Source: Isurus oxyrinchus (Eukaryota). From it: DNA of 64,000 nt. Positions 12,101 to 26,313 of the stretch are shown here, in pieces. Below the pieces are notes generated by a model, which saw only the letters and a list, made by a program, of their open reading frames with translations, was not told the origin of the DNA and made no database searches. Within the stretch, counting starts at the first letter, position 1; every line of letters begins with the position of its first letter. Position numbers and translations under genes: made by a program. The stretch lies in the NCBI GenBank assembly GCA_026770705.1, contig JANJGN010000018.1, positions 93,620,001-93,684,000 of the forward strand, in the 5' to 3' direction.

Positions 12101-14649
12101 CTTATTTCCTTCAGTTCTGCCCTGTATTTTTTGCATGCAATTTGTTCTTTGCTGTATTATGAACACAGCATTTATCACAAGTTTCCTTGCTGCTGAAGTG
12201 GGCATATGTGGACATCGGATTAGAAATGTAGGCCCTTGTCTTCTCAACTCCAAACTGCAAGAGCCTGCTGACACTTGCTCTCCAGGTTTTGACCTCTCAA
12301 CAGAAGATTAACTGGTAAAATACATGGCTGATTGTGGAATAAGGTGTCAGCCTTGATGTTTTTTCCTAATAGTGACCTGTAAAATTTGCTATAAATGCAT
12401 AAGTTCACAAAAATAAGATTCTGTCTGACAATCAGTTTGAAATATCTCAAAACCTGTCACCCAGTAACTCCCACATCATTCATCAGAAACAAGTGGGAAA
12501 CATACTCCAACATGTCCAACAGTTCACATTTATCTGCGTTGAATATCATCTGTCCACTTGCAAAATCTATCTTGATCTTCCTGCTTTGCTTCACTAGATT
12601 TAATTGCATACACTCCCCCATTCTCCACAAGTTCATATCATGTGAATTTGTCCATTTTGCACTGTATATCTGAATCTAAATCACATATTTAGTGAGAAAG
12701 AGTCAAAGGCCCCATCAGCAGTCTTGATATCACTCCAACTCAAGCCCAGGTTTTTCTCTACTAGCAAGCACCTCTTATCAGTAGTTGCCACAAAAGTTTT
12801 TTTTTTAAAAAAGTGGAGCATTACTACAGCAACTGCGTATGAATGCAAGTAAGTTTAGAAGTGGTGGGGTGGTGAGAGGTAGTGGTTGTTGGAAGGCAAT
12901 AGAAATTGTTTTTGTTTTTTCCTCATAACCCTGACAACATTCATTGCCAATCAGACCATTTCCATACATCCATAATTCTGAACCTATTACTGAAACATTT
13001 GTGTTCCCCACGTCCACCATGAAAAACCATTGGTAACTAAAAAGGGAGTAATTTATCTACAAACACCATAGTCCCTGCGGTTTAACATACATATGTTGTT
13101 GCTTGCTTTGACATGGGATATTCTTCCATTGACTGGCTCAAAATATTCCTTTCTTCAATAAAAAGATATAAGTTTTGTGGGCTGCTCCCAATGTGGTCTA
13201 GTCTAGTTACAGGGCCTAGCAGAATAAATCCTGGGCAGGCTCTCTTCCACATGGACCCTTGAGGCAGTAACACAATATTTAGAGCCAATATTAGAAACAA
13301 GACAACATAATCCTCGCAAACTTTTTTTGCCTGCCAAGAGCTGACTTATTTGTTTTTAATTATGATGTACTTGCTTGTGATGATTATTGTTTCCCAGAAA
13401 CCAGCCATTATACCCACTCTTTGAACAGATGTCAGAACTGTCTAATGGTTTTCTTGCCTTCCTGCATATAAATAGGGATATGTACTATCAATAGATTGTC
13501 ACTGGCAGCAGATGCATGGTAATTCCTACCCACTTTTGGGAAAGATGAGCTCTATACCCTTAATTGTGATTGGGCTCCAGTTCACCACAGATCCAAACTA
13601 CAGTGGCTGGAGGCACAGAAAACAACTATGTCTTTTCACTGTCCCTCCAACAAGGGCAAGAGAGAATTGGTGCAAAAAAGGCCAGATGGGGTAGAGGTAC
13701 CAGCTTCCCTTTGTTTTGAAATACAAATGTGAACCAGTTGGATTTTTACAATAATCCAGTACTTCTAAGTGGCAACATTTTTCTGGTGTCAGCCACAATT
13801 TACCAGAATGACTGCATTCTTTGAGCTCGAGCAAAAAGGTTACTGCCACAATGCTACCATATTCTCAGTCACATCTACAACTGGCTAACCATCAGCCTCT
13901 CACATGGCAACACTACAACACACTAGCTAAATGTATCAAAATGATCCTCATTTTAAATCAGCTTGCATTGGAAAGAGGCAAAAAGGCTCAGTGGATAATT
14001 GCATCTGCCAGTGTTGTGCTGAGTTATTCTCACCAGGAAGATCCCATGTTTGGTTCGCTCATCAGGCTGAGCTCCAACAGATTTGAATTCAATATTGCAT
14101 ATGTTAAGACTACATAAAACTTGCAGCATATCCGAGATGTATTTTGTACTAGTGAAGCCAGAGATAGCACTCCAGGAAATCTTGCTCCATAACAAGCCCA
14201 TCTGCCTTGAATTACATTTTTAAGGGTTTATGGTCCAGGTCAGAATTTAAATACTTTAATACTGCTAGTGAGAAGCTGTATACAAGAGCAGCTTCTGGCT
14301 GACAAGTGCCAAAGATGGCTTTCTATCTTAGTTCTTAGTGGATTCTTCACTGCTCCTAGGTCAGGTCTCAACAGTCAGAAGTGGAAAGGGTTTTGGAAGT
14401 AAAAAGAATAAAATACAAACGGATCGATATCTCAGTCAGTGAAACACTTCTGGAAGAAATGAGAAGCAGGGCAGGCAACCCGACCGCTCTTCCACCACAA
14501 ATATTCAATGATAACAGCTATTGTGGGGTAAGAGATCTTTAATTTGGCATTATGACCAGTGAAATAGAACATAATTTTCATTAAAATCATACATTTAATG
14601 TTGGATAAAATATCAGATCTCAGCTTAACATTCTCCAGTCAATTTGTCA

Positions 14650-14990
14650 TCCATCAGGAGGTGGTAGAGAAATTGACAGGATGAAAAGACTTAAAAGATT
14701 GGCAGAATTCAAAGCAGAAAAGTCACCAGGTCCAGATAGATATTGAGAAAAGTAGGTGTTGAGATTGTGGAGACTCTGGCTGCAAAGTACCAATCCTCCT
14801 TAGATTTGGGAATGATGCCAGAAGATTGGAGGATTGCAAATGTTACACTCTTATCCCTCATTTTTTTTGATAGAACTGGTTATTGCAGGTCAGTCAGCCC
14901 AGTGTTAGTGGAGGAGTTTCATATGTGTTAAGTTTGCAGATGACACAAAACTCAGAAATGGTGAGGATGGTAGCTACAAAAACATGTAAG
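14650..14990 (+). mobile_element. CR1 LINE fragment
   Basis: ORF 'EIVETLAAKYQSSLDLGMMPEDWRIANVTLL' and 'aagtttgcagatgacacaaaact' (KFADDTK). Confidence 0.75.
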
Positions 14991-17900
14991 CATGATGGTC
15001 TGCTGACCTAAAGTTAAAACTTTTAAGCACATCACCCAGCTCTGCCCTAATCACTCAATTGGTTAAGTATTTTACCTAGATCGTAATGGAACCACATACA
15101 GCAAGAATGCTTCAAGCTCAATTACTGGTCTATGCTATTAGCTGATCTTCACAATTGACCTCAACCTTCTTGATGGGAAGAAAAAACCAAACATGTTTCA
15201 GTCCTTAAGTGACTCCTGTTTAAAGATGTATGTGTTTTAATGTCACTTGAGGCCAGATTAAACTTAGCTCTAATATTCACAGTTCTTGAATGTCCTGCAG
15301 ATGTCCATTACTTAGGCATATAACAAATGGTTACACTGTCAAAGTGAAAACAGACCCATATTATCAGCTTCAGATTTTGGGGACAGTGCCTTTCACCGAG
15401 AATAGGTCAATGAAAATACAGTTGACTGCTATGTGCTATAAACCATGGGAGGGAACTGTGGAAGGCTGAGTTTTATTTATCTTTCATATTATGAAGTTTA
15501 TGAATTGATGTGTTTTAAAGCTGCTCCAACAGATTAAATATTATGGCTTAAAATGGTGCTGTACAAACACATGTGGGCATTATTCTACCAGCTGAGAAAC
15601 ACACATTTGTAATTCATCCCCCTACTGGTACATTTGTTAGGCATTTTCACACATACTTCACTACCAATTTGTGGCAGGTTGCTGATGAAGCACCAATTGG
15701 AATAGAGATATTGCCAGGCAGGAACAAACAGGATTGTACCTCGGGTCATATGAGGGAGTGTCACTACCAGCTATGGAAATCTTCACATGTCCTTGTCCCT
15801 TTGTCTATTACAAAACTCTGGATCCTTGGCAAACAAAAGGTTCTGGTAGCCAGAGCCCCCATATGTATCAAAAGATAGCACTGTCTCTCCCTCCCAGAGT
15901 CCACCACACCACATCACCCAATTGACAAGCAGTGAAATGTTTAATTGAATAATTTATAAAATATCATAGCTTATATAAACTAAAATGAATTTAATTCACA
16001 AATCTTTAAACAAAAACCTCTGTAGGATTACTGGCAGTTTTATGATGCTGTGGAAAATGAAGAGATTGATCACTTCTTAAAATTGGAACAGAAAGAGCAA
16101 CATGGCTGTGAACTTTCAACAGACTCCAATCAAAATTTTACTGCAGAAAGCTGATTCCACGGATGCAGTGCTGCTCATTTGTGATCCTTCCCTGCTATAT
16201 ATTTTGAGAATTGTGATAAAACAGTGTATTTTAAAATCACAAAAGTTGGTCTTTAGCTGTAACTGATAACCAGTTAAAAACTGCAGCAATTGTTTTTTAA
16301 AAATGTAGAAAGGTAGTAAAGTTCTGATGGCAGCACTGGACTCTCAAAAGATTTAAAATGCAGATCCTCTTGCTTTTTTTTTTTACAATGGTGCTCCTAA
16401 ATTCTGATGTTTGAGTTGCAGACCAGGCAGTGAGGGAGAAAAAAAGACATACATTAAGGTAAGGCACAAAGAAGTCCATGACTCAGAAAATCCTGTCTTT
16501 CAGTTTGGAGAAGAGCAATTGACTTACATTTATAAAGTGACTTTAAAGTAGTAAAATAGGCCAAGGTGCTTTGCAGGAGCACAACCAGGCAAACATTAGC
16601 ATCAAACTTAAACAGGAATCAGGGCAGCTGGCCAAATGCTTGATCAATGAGGTGGTAAGTTTTAAGCAATGTCTTAAAAAGAGACAGAGGGGTGAAGAGG
16701 TTTGGAGAGGACTTTACAGAGCTTAGACAGCTGGAGCATGGCCATCGATGGAGCAGCAAAGGAAATGGGGATGCACAAGAGGCCAGAGTTGGAGGAACAA
16801 AGCTCTGAGGGCTGCAGGAGCCCTCCCAAACAGCAAGTTTAAGAACGGCTTTATTTAGAGTCACATGCAAGGAATAATGTGCATTTTACCAGTAGCAATA
16901 GCAGTTGGGCTGCGATTCTGGAGTGCTTGTTAAACACTGGTACCATCTTTAGTAGGATTGGCGATGTCTTAGGGAGACAGTATGCCAATAATCCATTAAG
17001 AAAGAAGAATGGGAAGCTCAATTACTAAGATTATTGAGAAATAAGAGGCTTTGGTTCTCTGTTTTCTCATGCATAAATGATACAGCAGCTTCAGATGAGA
17101 CAAAGATGTGTGGGTAAACTCAAAAGCTCCTGTCCGAGTTGTGCCACTCTGCAATTAGCTTTGCAAGAAAGGCATTGCAATGCCTGTCTTCACTGCTGAA
17201 AAGTTTTGCAGTTGCTGTATTTGCATGGTAGATATTAACTATACTCATGACATGAAGTTGAATTTTGCCCATTTCCATCTAAGTACCCTTTTAATGACGT
17301 GACGTGTCAATTACTGCCACTAAACCTCCCTGGCACTGAAAATTAACTTTTACAAATGTAGAGTCTCATTCCTTCAAGTTTTAATCTTGCTGGAGATTTT
17401 TTAAAAGTGAAATTTAAACCATTTTTTACTTTTCCTTCCCATTTCTCTCTCTCAATTCTATTGTTCTTTGCCTCTCTGTACCCAATTTGGCACTAAATTC
17501 ATCCGCTTTAAATTACAACTCCTTCCTAGTCCTTGCACAGTTTATTTCACAGTTCTCCAATCGGATTCGTTAGGTGATGCACAGTTGCTTTCCCTGTTCA
17601 CTCAAGTTCCAGAAGCCCAGTTTCCCTCACTGCACTATCAACTCTCACTTTCAGCATCTAACATGTAAAAAAAAATTAATTAAATTTAAATGTGCAAGGG
17701 CATGTCTCGCTAATGGCAGACACTGGTAGATGTCTTGCAACAGCAACTAATATCTTTGAACACAGATAATAGAGCTTTAAGAACTAAATCTACAAGTTAG
17801 ATCTTGTGGACAAACAGAAATATCAGCTATGATTTTCAACCTGATTTGCAGAAAAAAACCATAAAAAAGGAGAAAAATGCATCTTCCTTAAAACTGATTA

Positions 17901-18339
17901 GAAATGCTGTTCCAAAATAATGTACTAGAGAAATAGTTCTTGTTCTTGTAAAGGTTGCATGCAATCATCTATAAATAACTGCATGATTCACCAAGATTTA
18001 ATTAAGACTATCAAGTTGCAGTGGTATTACTGGCATGAATCCTCTATACTGTGAACAAATAATAGCCTGGTGATTTTACCATGCCAGAGATTGCATCTGC
18101 ACGAGGGAAGGCAGAAATCTAAAACAATCGCTACTAGTTCAATACCCACCCCAGAAATGCTTATAAAAAGAGATTCACATTTCTGCTCTACCAAAGATCA
18201 GTTAGCTCCCTGTCCTATGATATTATTTACCTTCATTTGTGAAAAGTATTAGATTTCTTTTGTGTGCATTTTCAAGGCTGTTAAAGTTCCCCTTATGGCT
18301 CAGTGGGTGAAGGTAATTCTTTATGCAAAATTGAGAATC

Positions 18340-19030
18340 GGGGCAGGATATGGAGTTTGGCGAGCGGGGCCCGCTCGCCGAAGTGTGAAATGACGCAGGA
18401 TGACGCCAGGCGGAACTGCTGTCACCCCGCGTCATTTCAATTTTCAGGTCAGCGGGGGCGCAGCTGAATCAGCTGTGCGCCTGCCGACCTGTCAACGGCC
18501 AATTGAGGCCATTTAAAAACTAATTGAAGTACTTAAAGGACCTGCCCGTCCAACCTTAAGGCTGGCGGGCAGGCCGGGAGCCCTGGTGGGCTTCAGAAAA
18601 AGCATGAAACCTCATCCACGGGCGGGAGGGGGTTTCTTGAGGGTTTTTAAAAATTTAATAGAAGTTTAATTAAAAGTGATGGATATGTCCCAACTCATGT
18701 GACAGTGTCATGAGGGGACATCAGGGAAATTTTATTTTTCTATATTTCATACTTTTGAATTTGGCGCTGATCTCCCTGAGGTAGCACTTAGCCTCAAGGA
18801 GATGAGTGTGCTCTTTCGTGCGCATGCGCAAAAGAGCGCACGCTCAGCTTAGGGAATTCCACCCCCCACCCCTCCCGGCCCACACAGGGAGTGCATAGCG
18901 CTTCCTGGCAGACGTCATGATGGGCGGGCATTAATTGGCCAGCCCACGTAAAATGGCAGCACGTCCCCAGTCAGGGGCGCCGATCGGAGGCACGTCCACT
19001 CCTGAACTTCCCCCTCGACGGGGGGTGGGG
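18340..19030. mobile_element. GC/CpG-rich non-autonomous DNA-transposon-like element (related to 31570-32105)
   Basis: Sharp GC-rich island sharing blocks with 31570-32105 ('ctcatccacgggcggga', 'gtccaacctta', 'ctcatgtgacag'); internal palindrome GGCGAGCGGG-GC-CCGCTCGCC near 18359-18379. Confidence 0.6.
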
Positions 19031-20601
19031 GGTGGGGGGGTGGAATTTTCCTCAGGAGTTCATAGGTTTCATTCCCACGATATGCTAAAGTAAACAGCCT
19101 CTATCACGGCAGCACTGGTTTGCTACAATTAGCCTCATCACCTTAGGTCAACGAATGGAAAGATCTACCAGTGTGTTCTCGCATCCAACTGCTATCCAGA
19201 GACTCTTATTTGTATACTTGATATTGCCTGAAGACCAGAACGGGCACCGCTGTGATAATCTCTATGTAAAATATTCTGACCACATTTACATATTAGGAAC
19301 TGTTACTACAATTTAATAGGCCTTGGGACATACCATGTTAATTTAGATTACAGAAAATGTGTGCTTTACCGGCAGCGAAAGCCAAATTTCACACGTGGTA
19401 CGGAATGTATTATAAATGGATATTTGAGTTGCTTTAAATGGATCGCGACGTGAAATTGGAACAGGGATAGCTGGAAGAAAGAGTGTATGGAGGGGCTAAT
19501 TGAAATTTGAAACTGAATGATCAAAATGTTAAATGTCCATCATTTTTCCTTTGCTACAATTTGCATAGAGAGAATATTACCTGAATCCAGAGATCGAGCC
19601 TTTTGTCACCAAGTGGATGGTCATCTGAAAACATCCTGTAGGTCAGGATCTCTTCACACAAGCACACTGCCCCATAATGACCCCAGTGAAGTAAGGCTAT
19701 TGAAAAATGCTGACATCTGTAACTTGTTATGCAAGGATTTTTAAAAAAACACACATACAAAGACACACTGATGGGTACAACATAAATATAATTGTTGGGT
19801 GCAAGGGAATTCATAAAGCTTTGAGTGATCACATTTTTTTGGTGATAGCACTGAAGGAACAGGACTTTATTATTACAGCTGTTAGACATGGGCAGTAAAG
19901 AGTATTTTGGCGAAATTCCAGAAGAAGCTAACGGGGTAGAATCATTAACTGTGCGAGGGTTGTTCCACCAATTCAAATTAGCAGGTCTTCCAGCCCTATA
20001 CCTCCCACAAGGAGCACACTTTTAATACTGCACCTTTTAGTTACATTCCATTATGGAAAGAGGTAATGTAATGTGGTCTACTTTCTATACATAGCAAATG
20101 GTACTGAGATTCAATAAGGGCCAAAAATCCTATCCATGCTGTAAGTTCCTAAAAAACACCGAAAGCAACCAAATTCTTTCAGTTGTGACTATTTAAAGAA
20201 TGTAGTCATAGCACTGGATGTCTCTTGCTTTTAATTTGCTTTTAAAAGATAGTGGCTACATTCCCATCAATTTTAGAAGGCCTCACAGGTCATTATTTTG
20301 AAAATTGAGATGAAGAGCCATTTGTCCCGGAATCATGGAGAAAACACGAGAGACATGAGGTGTTGCATTACAGGGCTAATTCACGTTTGCGTTGCTGCTG
20401 TTCAGGATCCTTTACATTTAGAGACTAAACTGACACAAAAAGGCACAAGAGACACAAATCAAGGGACAATTCTAACTTTCACTGCTGGGCAGTAAATGCA
20501 GTCTTGTGGATGCAACCCACTTGATTTCCTTTTCTATTTAACTTCAACGCAATGGACAAGTAAGCAAGAGACACAACCAGTGGCTGATCCACAATGCCAC
20601 A

Positions 20602-20607
20602 TTTATT
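20602..20607 (-). terminator. Candidate distal poly(A) signal of the SH3BGR-family gene
   Basis: AATAAA on the minus strand followed by GT-rich 'ggttgtgtctcttgc'; a second AATAAA lies at 21094-21099. Confidence 0.55.
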
Positions 20608-21652
20608 GTCCAGCAATGAAAGTTAAAACCAAGTTTAAACAATATCCACCATGACTCTGTCACCTTTAATACTAGACAAGGGGAAAACAAGTAAGCAACA
20701 CAGGCAACCTTGGGGATTCAAATTTACACACTTATCCTTCCTTTAATGTAAACTGACAAAAAAAAAACTTTTGGTAAGAATATAGGGTGAGACATTTACC
20801 TCATATACTGAAAGGAGTCCTTTTCTCAAATAAGCAGACTGACATTTACAACTCCTGCATGAGTATCACTACAGTACTACATGCTAAACACCATGAAACA
20901 GAGAACAGCCCAGCTGTCTGCTTTAAGACAGAATGTGCACCTGATAATCTAGACCCAGAATAAACACTATCCAAATCTGGGGATGGACATTTGAATGCCT
21001 AAGAAAATAAGAGATGAAAATTTTCCATTGGATGGTGCAAGTTTAACCTAACTATTTTCTTCTGTTTAAAAAGTTGATGTAACACCAAAATGCTTTATTA
21101 AAATACATCATTAAGAGGAAAAGGAAAATAAGGAGATTTTTAAAAAAGAACTTCACTGCATCGTTTATCAGTAATTACTCTCTCCAACATTCACAGCAAT
21201 TGATTTTCAGTGAAGGGAACATTGGCAAAAATTAATAGGAAACAGAGGCAACTTGGCATAATTAAGGAGGAGGCAAAACTTTGCAAAAATTGGCAGTTCT
21301 TATCCTGGAGGCAAACTTTGATCTAAGGCTTTCACTGGCAGCTCCAAGGACAAAAGTTTCGGGTGTTAAAGAATTTAACAATGCCATGTTGTCACGAGTG
21401 CTTAGATCAGCTTCCAAAAACCTAATTTTGCTTCTACAAAGCTCACTGGCTCCAAGCATAACAGCAGCTAATCATCTACAAACAGAAAGAAAAGGTTGAT
21501 TGCGGCTCAATATTTGCAAAAATAGGAGTAGATGTTTGAAGGCTACTCCTCTGTTGAAATCCATGTTTTCTTTTAATTGAAGAACTTCTTGGGCAGTGCC
21601 AATGTTTTTACTGAGGTTATTATGGGTGGTGCAATGTTCCTGGGTCAAGTTC

Positions 21653-21688
21653 TTACACTTGCTTTTGCTCCGCAAGGGCTTCTGCTTC
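21653..21688 (-). CDS. SH3BGR: Terminal exon: coding (EAEALAEQKQV*) in the short isoform, 3' UTR in the long isoform
   Basis: Strong acceptor (long C/T tract ending ttcag), phase 0; the peptide resembles the human SH3BGRL C-terminus EAEVQAKQQA*. Confidence 0.8.
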   Translation of the reverse strand, partial: EAEALAEQKQV

Positions 21689-22982
21689 CTGAAAAAAAAG
21701 AGGGAAAAGCAGAAAGAGGGGATTAATGAAAGGCAACTACTGAATCACAGAAATCAGTGTAGTTTCTCCCAAGGTCAACGTGCTGTGCAATAAACTCTTC
21801 AATAAATGTGAAATGTATACTCCCAGTAAAGCTGGAATTCAAATCTAATCTAACAGAGAGCAGTTCATAATTTGAGAGCAAACGCTTTTGGTTGTTTTAC
21901 ATAGCAACAGTAGTGGCCATTTTTAGATTTCACATTTAATTAGATCCAACTATCCAGCCTAGCTGACATATTGCTTGGCTCTGGGTGCAGTGGGAAGGAT
22001 AAAAAGGAGGCAACATCCTCTGACCAGATGCTCACTCCAAGTAAAAAGTTCCTCATTGGTGTTAGATCACTGTTATAAGGCCACAAAAATTTCTAGTCTT
22101 CAAAGTTGGAAGTAAAATAACATTTAATGAGATGTTGCATTTCACACAAAGGTTTTACATTATTCATTTTAACTTTCTTGTGGTGACCGAGTTTAAACAG
22201 TGTCACTTTTCACAGTAAAATACATCGTTGAGAGGAAATCATAAGATTTTTGGCTTATGGTGATAAAAAGTGACATTGAATAATTTACCTAAAAGGCAAA
22301 AGACTTCAGCCACAAGTCAATAGTGACAGCTTCTCAAGACAGATTAAAACAGTCATTAAGCAGATAAGGCGGCTGAAGAACAAAGTTCTGTTATTCAGTA
22401 CTAAAAACCTACTTCACTGAAACCTTGGAAATGAAACTGAGAAAAGAAGACAACATTTTTCAAATTAATGTACAAACTTCAGTCAGTTGAGTGCAAACGT
22501 AATATGCAATACAAGCGTAACACACCATGCAAGGCCCAATTTAATGCTTTACACAGTAAGAGGTTCTTCAAATATCAAAGTGATGTAAATGAAGAGAAAT
22601 AGACGTACAGCCAAACAGCCATGTGCAATTAATTCCAAGTGGTCCATTCCAGTAGACTAGTCCAGATATGATGCAACTTAATGTAAATAGCTCACCTACA
22701 GTACAACTTTCAGAATAAAATAGAATTCTTCAAATGGAGGATGCTTGGGGAAATTATATATTTTACATATTATTACTGACTAATCAGATCATTATTCATG
22801 TTATAGTGATATACCACCCACTGAGGGTAGTTATGTCTCAAGCCCAAAAAGCAGCAGTGTCAACAGGCACGAAGTTAATTCTGTATGCTTAGTCTGAATC
22901 AGGATTAGGTGGTCAGGTGCGCATTCTCTCTCATTACCTTAAACCCTTGCAGATGAAATCATATAAAAGCAAAATCATATTT

Positions 22983-23009
22983 TTAAGATTCATCCACTTC
23001 ATCCTCATC
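22983..23009 (-). CDS. SH3BGR: Stop-containing acidic exon DEDEVDES* (exon continues as UTR to 22938)
   Basis: Acceptor 'ctttttctttatttcttattgattag'; resembles the SH3BGR ending EDEDS; donor AAG|GTAATG at 22937. Confidence 0.8.
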   Translation of the reverse strand, partial: DEDEVDES

Positions 23010-23529
23010 CTAATCAATAAGAAATAAAGAAAAAGAGAAGGAAAATGAGCACAAGCAAACAGATTGTAGTAAAACTAGTGGAACATAAAACAATAACAAA
23101 GGAGAGCATAGTTACCAACACTATCCATTCATATCAGCTGAGTCACTTAGATGTTTAGGCAAAGATTCAACAATTTTTATAATCTAATGATTCGCTATCT
23201 TTTTAAAATTTAGACTCACCTCCCTGCAAAAATTTTAGCCATTTAAAATAAGCTTTTTAAAAAACACAAAAGAATTGATGGATCTTTCTGAATGCAAGGT
23301 TACACCATCTAAAAAGTTATCAAGCCACCTTTAAAGTTAATGAAATTTCCATTTGTCATAAACTAATAATTATTCAACTTGTAATGTGGAAAATATTTTA
23401 GTGAATAATCAGGTCACACAAAGGTTTAGCACATCAAATTAGCTTGTTTAGGTGCATTTACAACCAGTCACTCTTAGGCATGGTGAGAAAGAGGCTGCTC
23501 ATATATAAACTGCTCTTATATTAAAGTAC

Positions 23530-23559
23530 CTCAGTCACTGGTTCTTCTTCATCCTCCTC
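23530..23559 (-). CDS. SH3BGR: 30 nt microexon EEDEEEPVTE
   Basis: 'ttttttttaatatgtttag' | GAGGAGGATGAAGAAGAACCAGTGACTGAG | GTACTT, phase 0-0. Confidence 0.8.
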
Positions 23560-25475
23560 CTAAACATATTAAAAAAAACGAGTGGGTGTGGAGAGAAAGA
23601 GAGAAAGGAGGGACAAAGCTTAATGAAAAAGGGAAAAATAGCAATATAGAAGAAAAAAATGCAGAAAACATCCCACAACAGAACCAAAGGACTGAAGAGG
23701 TGAAGAATAGTGGTGAAGTAGTAATGGATGAAGCTGTAGCAAAAGGAAATAATGGATGTGGTTAGAATATTTGGAAATTCCAATTATTCTCATTAGGAAG
23801 AGACTGATACCTCAAACACCTACTTCCATCTTTTTTTCCCCAAAGGCATGTTCAACCTTTCCAAGTTGAAAACAGGGAAGGGCAGGACTGAGCATGGATG
23901 AGTGTTTACAATGTTCAATTGTTCAAATTTCCTTTTGTTTTTCAGACTGGATGGTTTATTGGCAACGGCTCATGTTTTAATTTTGAAGAGCCGTTATTCA
24001 GGGATGTTTAGAGCTCAGTCACGCTATCAACTCATTAAGTTTGTTAGTTGCCAATGTGGAAAAGAGTTACCCAATAATCAACAGCAGGCAATCCCTAGCT
24101 ACCCCAGAATTGTAAAACCAATAATTGCTATCCAAGTACATTTATGCCATTTTTTTGTGATACTGGCAGTGGGGGCCACTAATGGGGGTGCAGGATCCAT
24201 TATTGTAATAGAAAAGTTTAAGATATTTGTAGTTTAAAGTTTGATTTATATATAATTTTCTCCCTCTCTCAAATAGTGCAAACTGTCTGCTTAGATATGG
24301 TTCCAAACCCAGCTAGTATCCTTTCCTTCGTGACCATGATTCATGTGTGACTCTTGCCAATAGGTGTTGACACATTGTTCAAGCAAGACAGGCATCAGAG
24401 CAGAGTCTGAATGTGCCATTTGTTGATATGTACTTTGTGGGATTTATTGGTGAGCAATTAAAAAGAACCTTATATGATTTTTCTCTCATCAGTTCAGGAT
24501 TGCTGAGCCCAACTCCAGCAACGTAACAGCCAACTGCCTGAGATCAGCTGAAATCAAACCTCAATCTTTGCTAGTCTGTACAGAGTAGCAGTTAAATGTA
24601 TATGGTTGTGGAATCAGAGGATTTAAAATTATACTTCTAATTCTAAACTCGCTCCATTGTAGAAACCTGCTTACATACCCTAGGATCCTGCTGGGGTAAA
24701 AGGAGTTGATGATGGACATTTCAAAGGATTTTCCTTTGTAATCAATGACTGGTCTCTTTACTCATTGTTGACATGTTCAATGGCCAACTCAGGAATGAAA
24801 ATTTAGGATTTGGAATAAACATCCTTCCTACTAAGCCAAAAATAAAGTATGCTCTTATTCCTCCTGCATCTTCGCACTGTTGAAATGAAGACTCTGTAGT
24901 GATCTATTCCAACTCTCTTTTGGAGTGGCTCAGTCTTTTCTTCCTGAGGCAACCGAATACCCAAGTTTGTCATCACCTGCCATCTACTCCATGATTTACC
25001 TCAACTTCTCGCCTGTTATCAACCTTAGCAACAGTCAGCACCATGAACCCTAGTCTATCCAGTAGGTAAAGCCCATCACAAGCATTAAGGCTTATTATTT
25101 AAGTGAACTGCCTGCACAAAAACTGTTTTCAAAAGTATACTTCATGCGAATCCATGCAACAATGTGATTGTCAGACTGTTGATTGTAAATACTCTTTCCC
25201 TTAAAGAAGTAATCATAATTTTGCTTATATCCAAGACACTTGTGACTAGAAGAGCCATTTATAGACATGGCCCAATCCCACAAATGCACCAAATTTCTCG
25301 ACAGCCTGAATGTTATCTGGCAACAGTCAATTCCAGTTCAAAAAAGTCAATAATTGGTCAATGAAGAATATGACAATGAAATGGAAACAACGAAATGGAA
25401 ACACTACAAAAAAAAAGGATGATTAGTTAGCATGAGATGACAAAGACTGATGAGCCATTGTAACAGATTATCTAC

Positions 25476-25502
25476 CTCAGTTACAGGCTGCTCTTCTTCA
25501 TC
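25476..25502 (-). CDS. SH3BGR: 27 nt microexon DEEEQPVTE
   Basis: 'ttcatttccttgtttag' | GATGAAGAAGAGCAGCCTGTAACTGAG | GTAGAT, phase 0-0. Confidence 0.8.
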
Positions 25503-25758
25503 CTAAACAAGGAAATGAAATTATAAAACAAAAGGAGTTGGCTAATTACAAATAAAAAGTGTGAAATATGTTGGTTAGTTATAATGAGAAATCGGCAAAA
25601 TGATATGTAATCTGTACAAAACTAATGAGAACATCTTCAAGCAGTTTGAATCTGAAATGCCAGGACATGCAGGAAAACTGCAATTGTTACAAAAGATTAT
25701 CAATTAGTTTCGGAATCACCAATGGTTTTTAGATGCCTAAAGAATCTATTGATCGAAC

Positions 25759-25788
25759 CTCTGTAACTGGCTCCACTTCTTCTTTTTC
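25759..25788 (-). CDS. SH3BGR: 30 nt microexon EKEEVEPVTE
   Basis: Long T-rich tract ending 'ttttactag' | GAAAAAGAAGAAGTGGAGCCAGTTACAGAG | GTTCGA, phase 0-0. Confidence 0.75.
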
Positions 25789-26313
25789 CTAGTAAAATTA
25801 TAAATAAAAACACAAGAAAAAAAAACAAGGATGATATGGGCAAGTTAAGTGTAAAAGCACACAACCTCTTAAGAACTTTCTGACCTGCTCTAACTCCCAC
25901 TATGGCTCAACATCTACTCCATTCATCTAATTATTCTTTTTCCTGTCAACATTATTTACTTAGAAAAGGCCAAATACACACGCATTTTTTTGTTAAACGT
26001 GTGCGGCAGATACAAGTTACTGCTGGTGCAAAGCTCATGGGAATACAGTTGGGAGTGGGGAGTGAGGAGGGAACACCATGGTGATTCTAAAATGCGAAGC
26101 CAGAAAAGAAGTGGGAGGAGAATGCAATCTAGGTCAAGAAAATTTTGAACTGGGGAGAGAAGATAAAAAAAGTTCCCCAACTCTACCCAAACAATAATTT
26201 GTATTGGAAGTGTTTCCCCCTTACATTTTACTATCAATATATTACAGCATCACACACATTTATAATTTGTTCCAATAAATCCTTAGGAAAAAAAAACACA
26301 CTACTGGCCCAAC

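Noticed and set aside
18340-19030. CpG island promoter
   Set aside because: Shares sequence blocks with 31570-32105, so the CpG richness is better explained by a repeat.
21262-21793. Cluster of short ORFs on both strands
   Set aside because: They overlap the terminal exon and 3' UTR and have no recognisable domain.
23220-23223. cag|GGAG|gtgagt, a possible 4 nt microexon (similar cag|GAAT|gtaagt near 28206-28209)
   Set aside because: Frame-breaking, unlike the other cassette exons, and such juxtapositions arise by chance; needs reads.
24914-24943. Possible fifth microexon EEKTEPLQKR
   Set aside because: Poor pyrimidine tract, weak AGA|GTTGGA donor and no PVTE-like ending.
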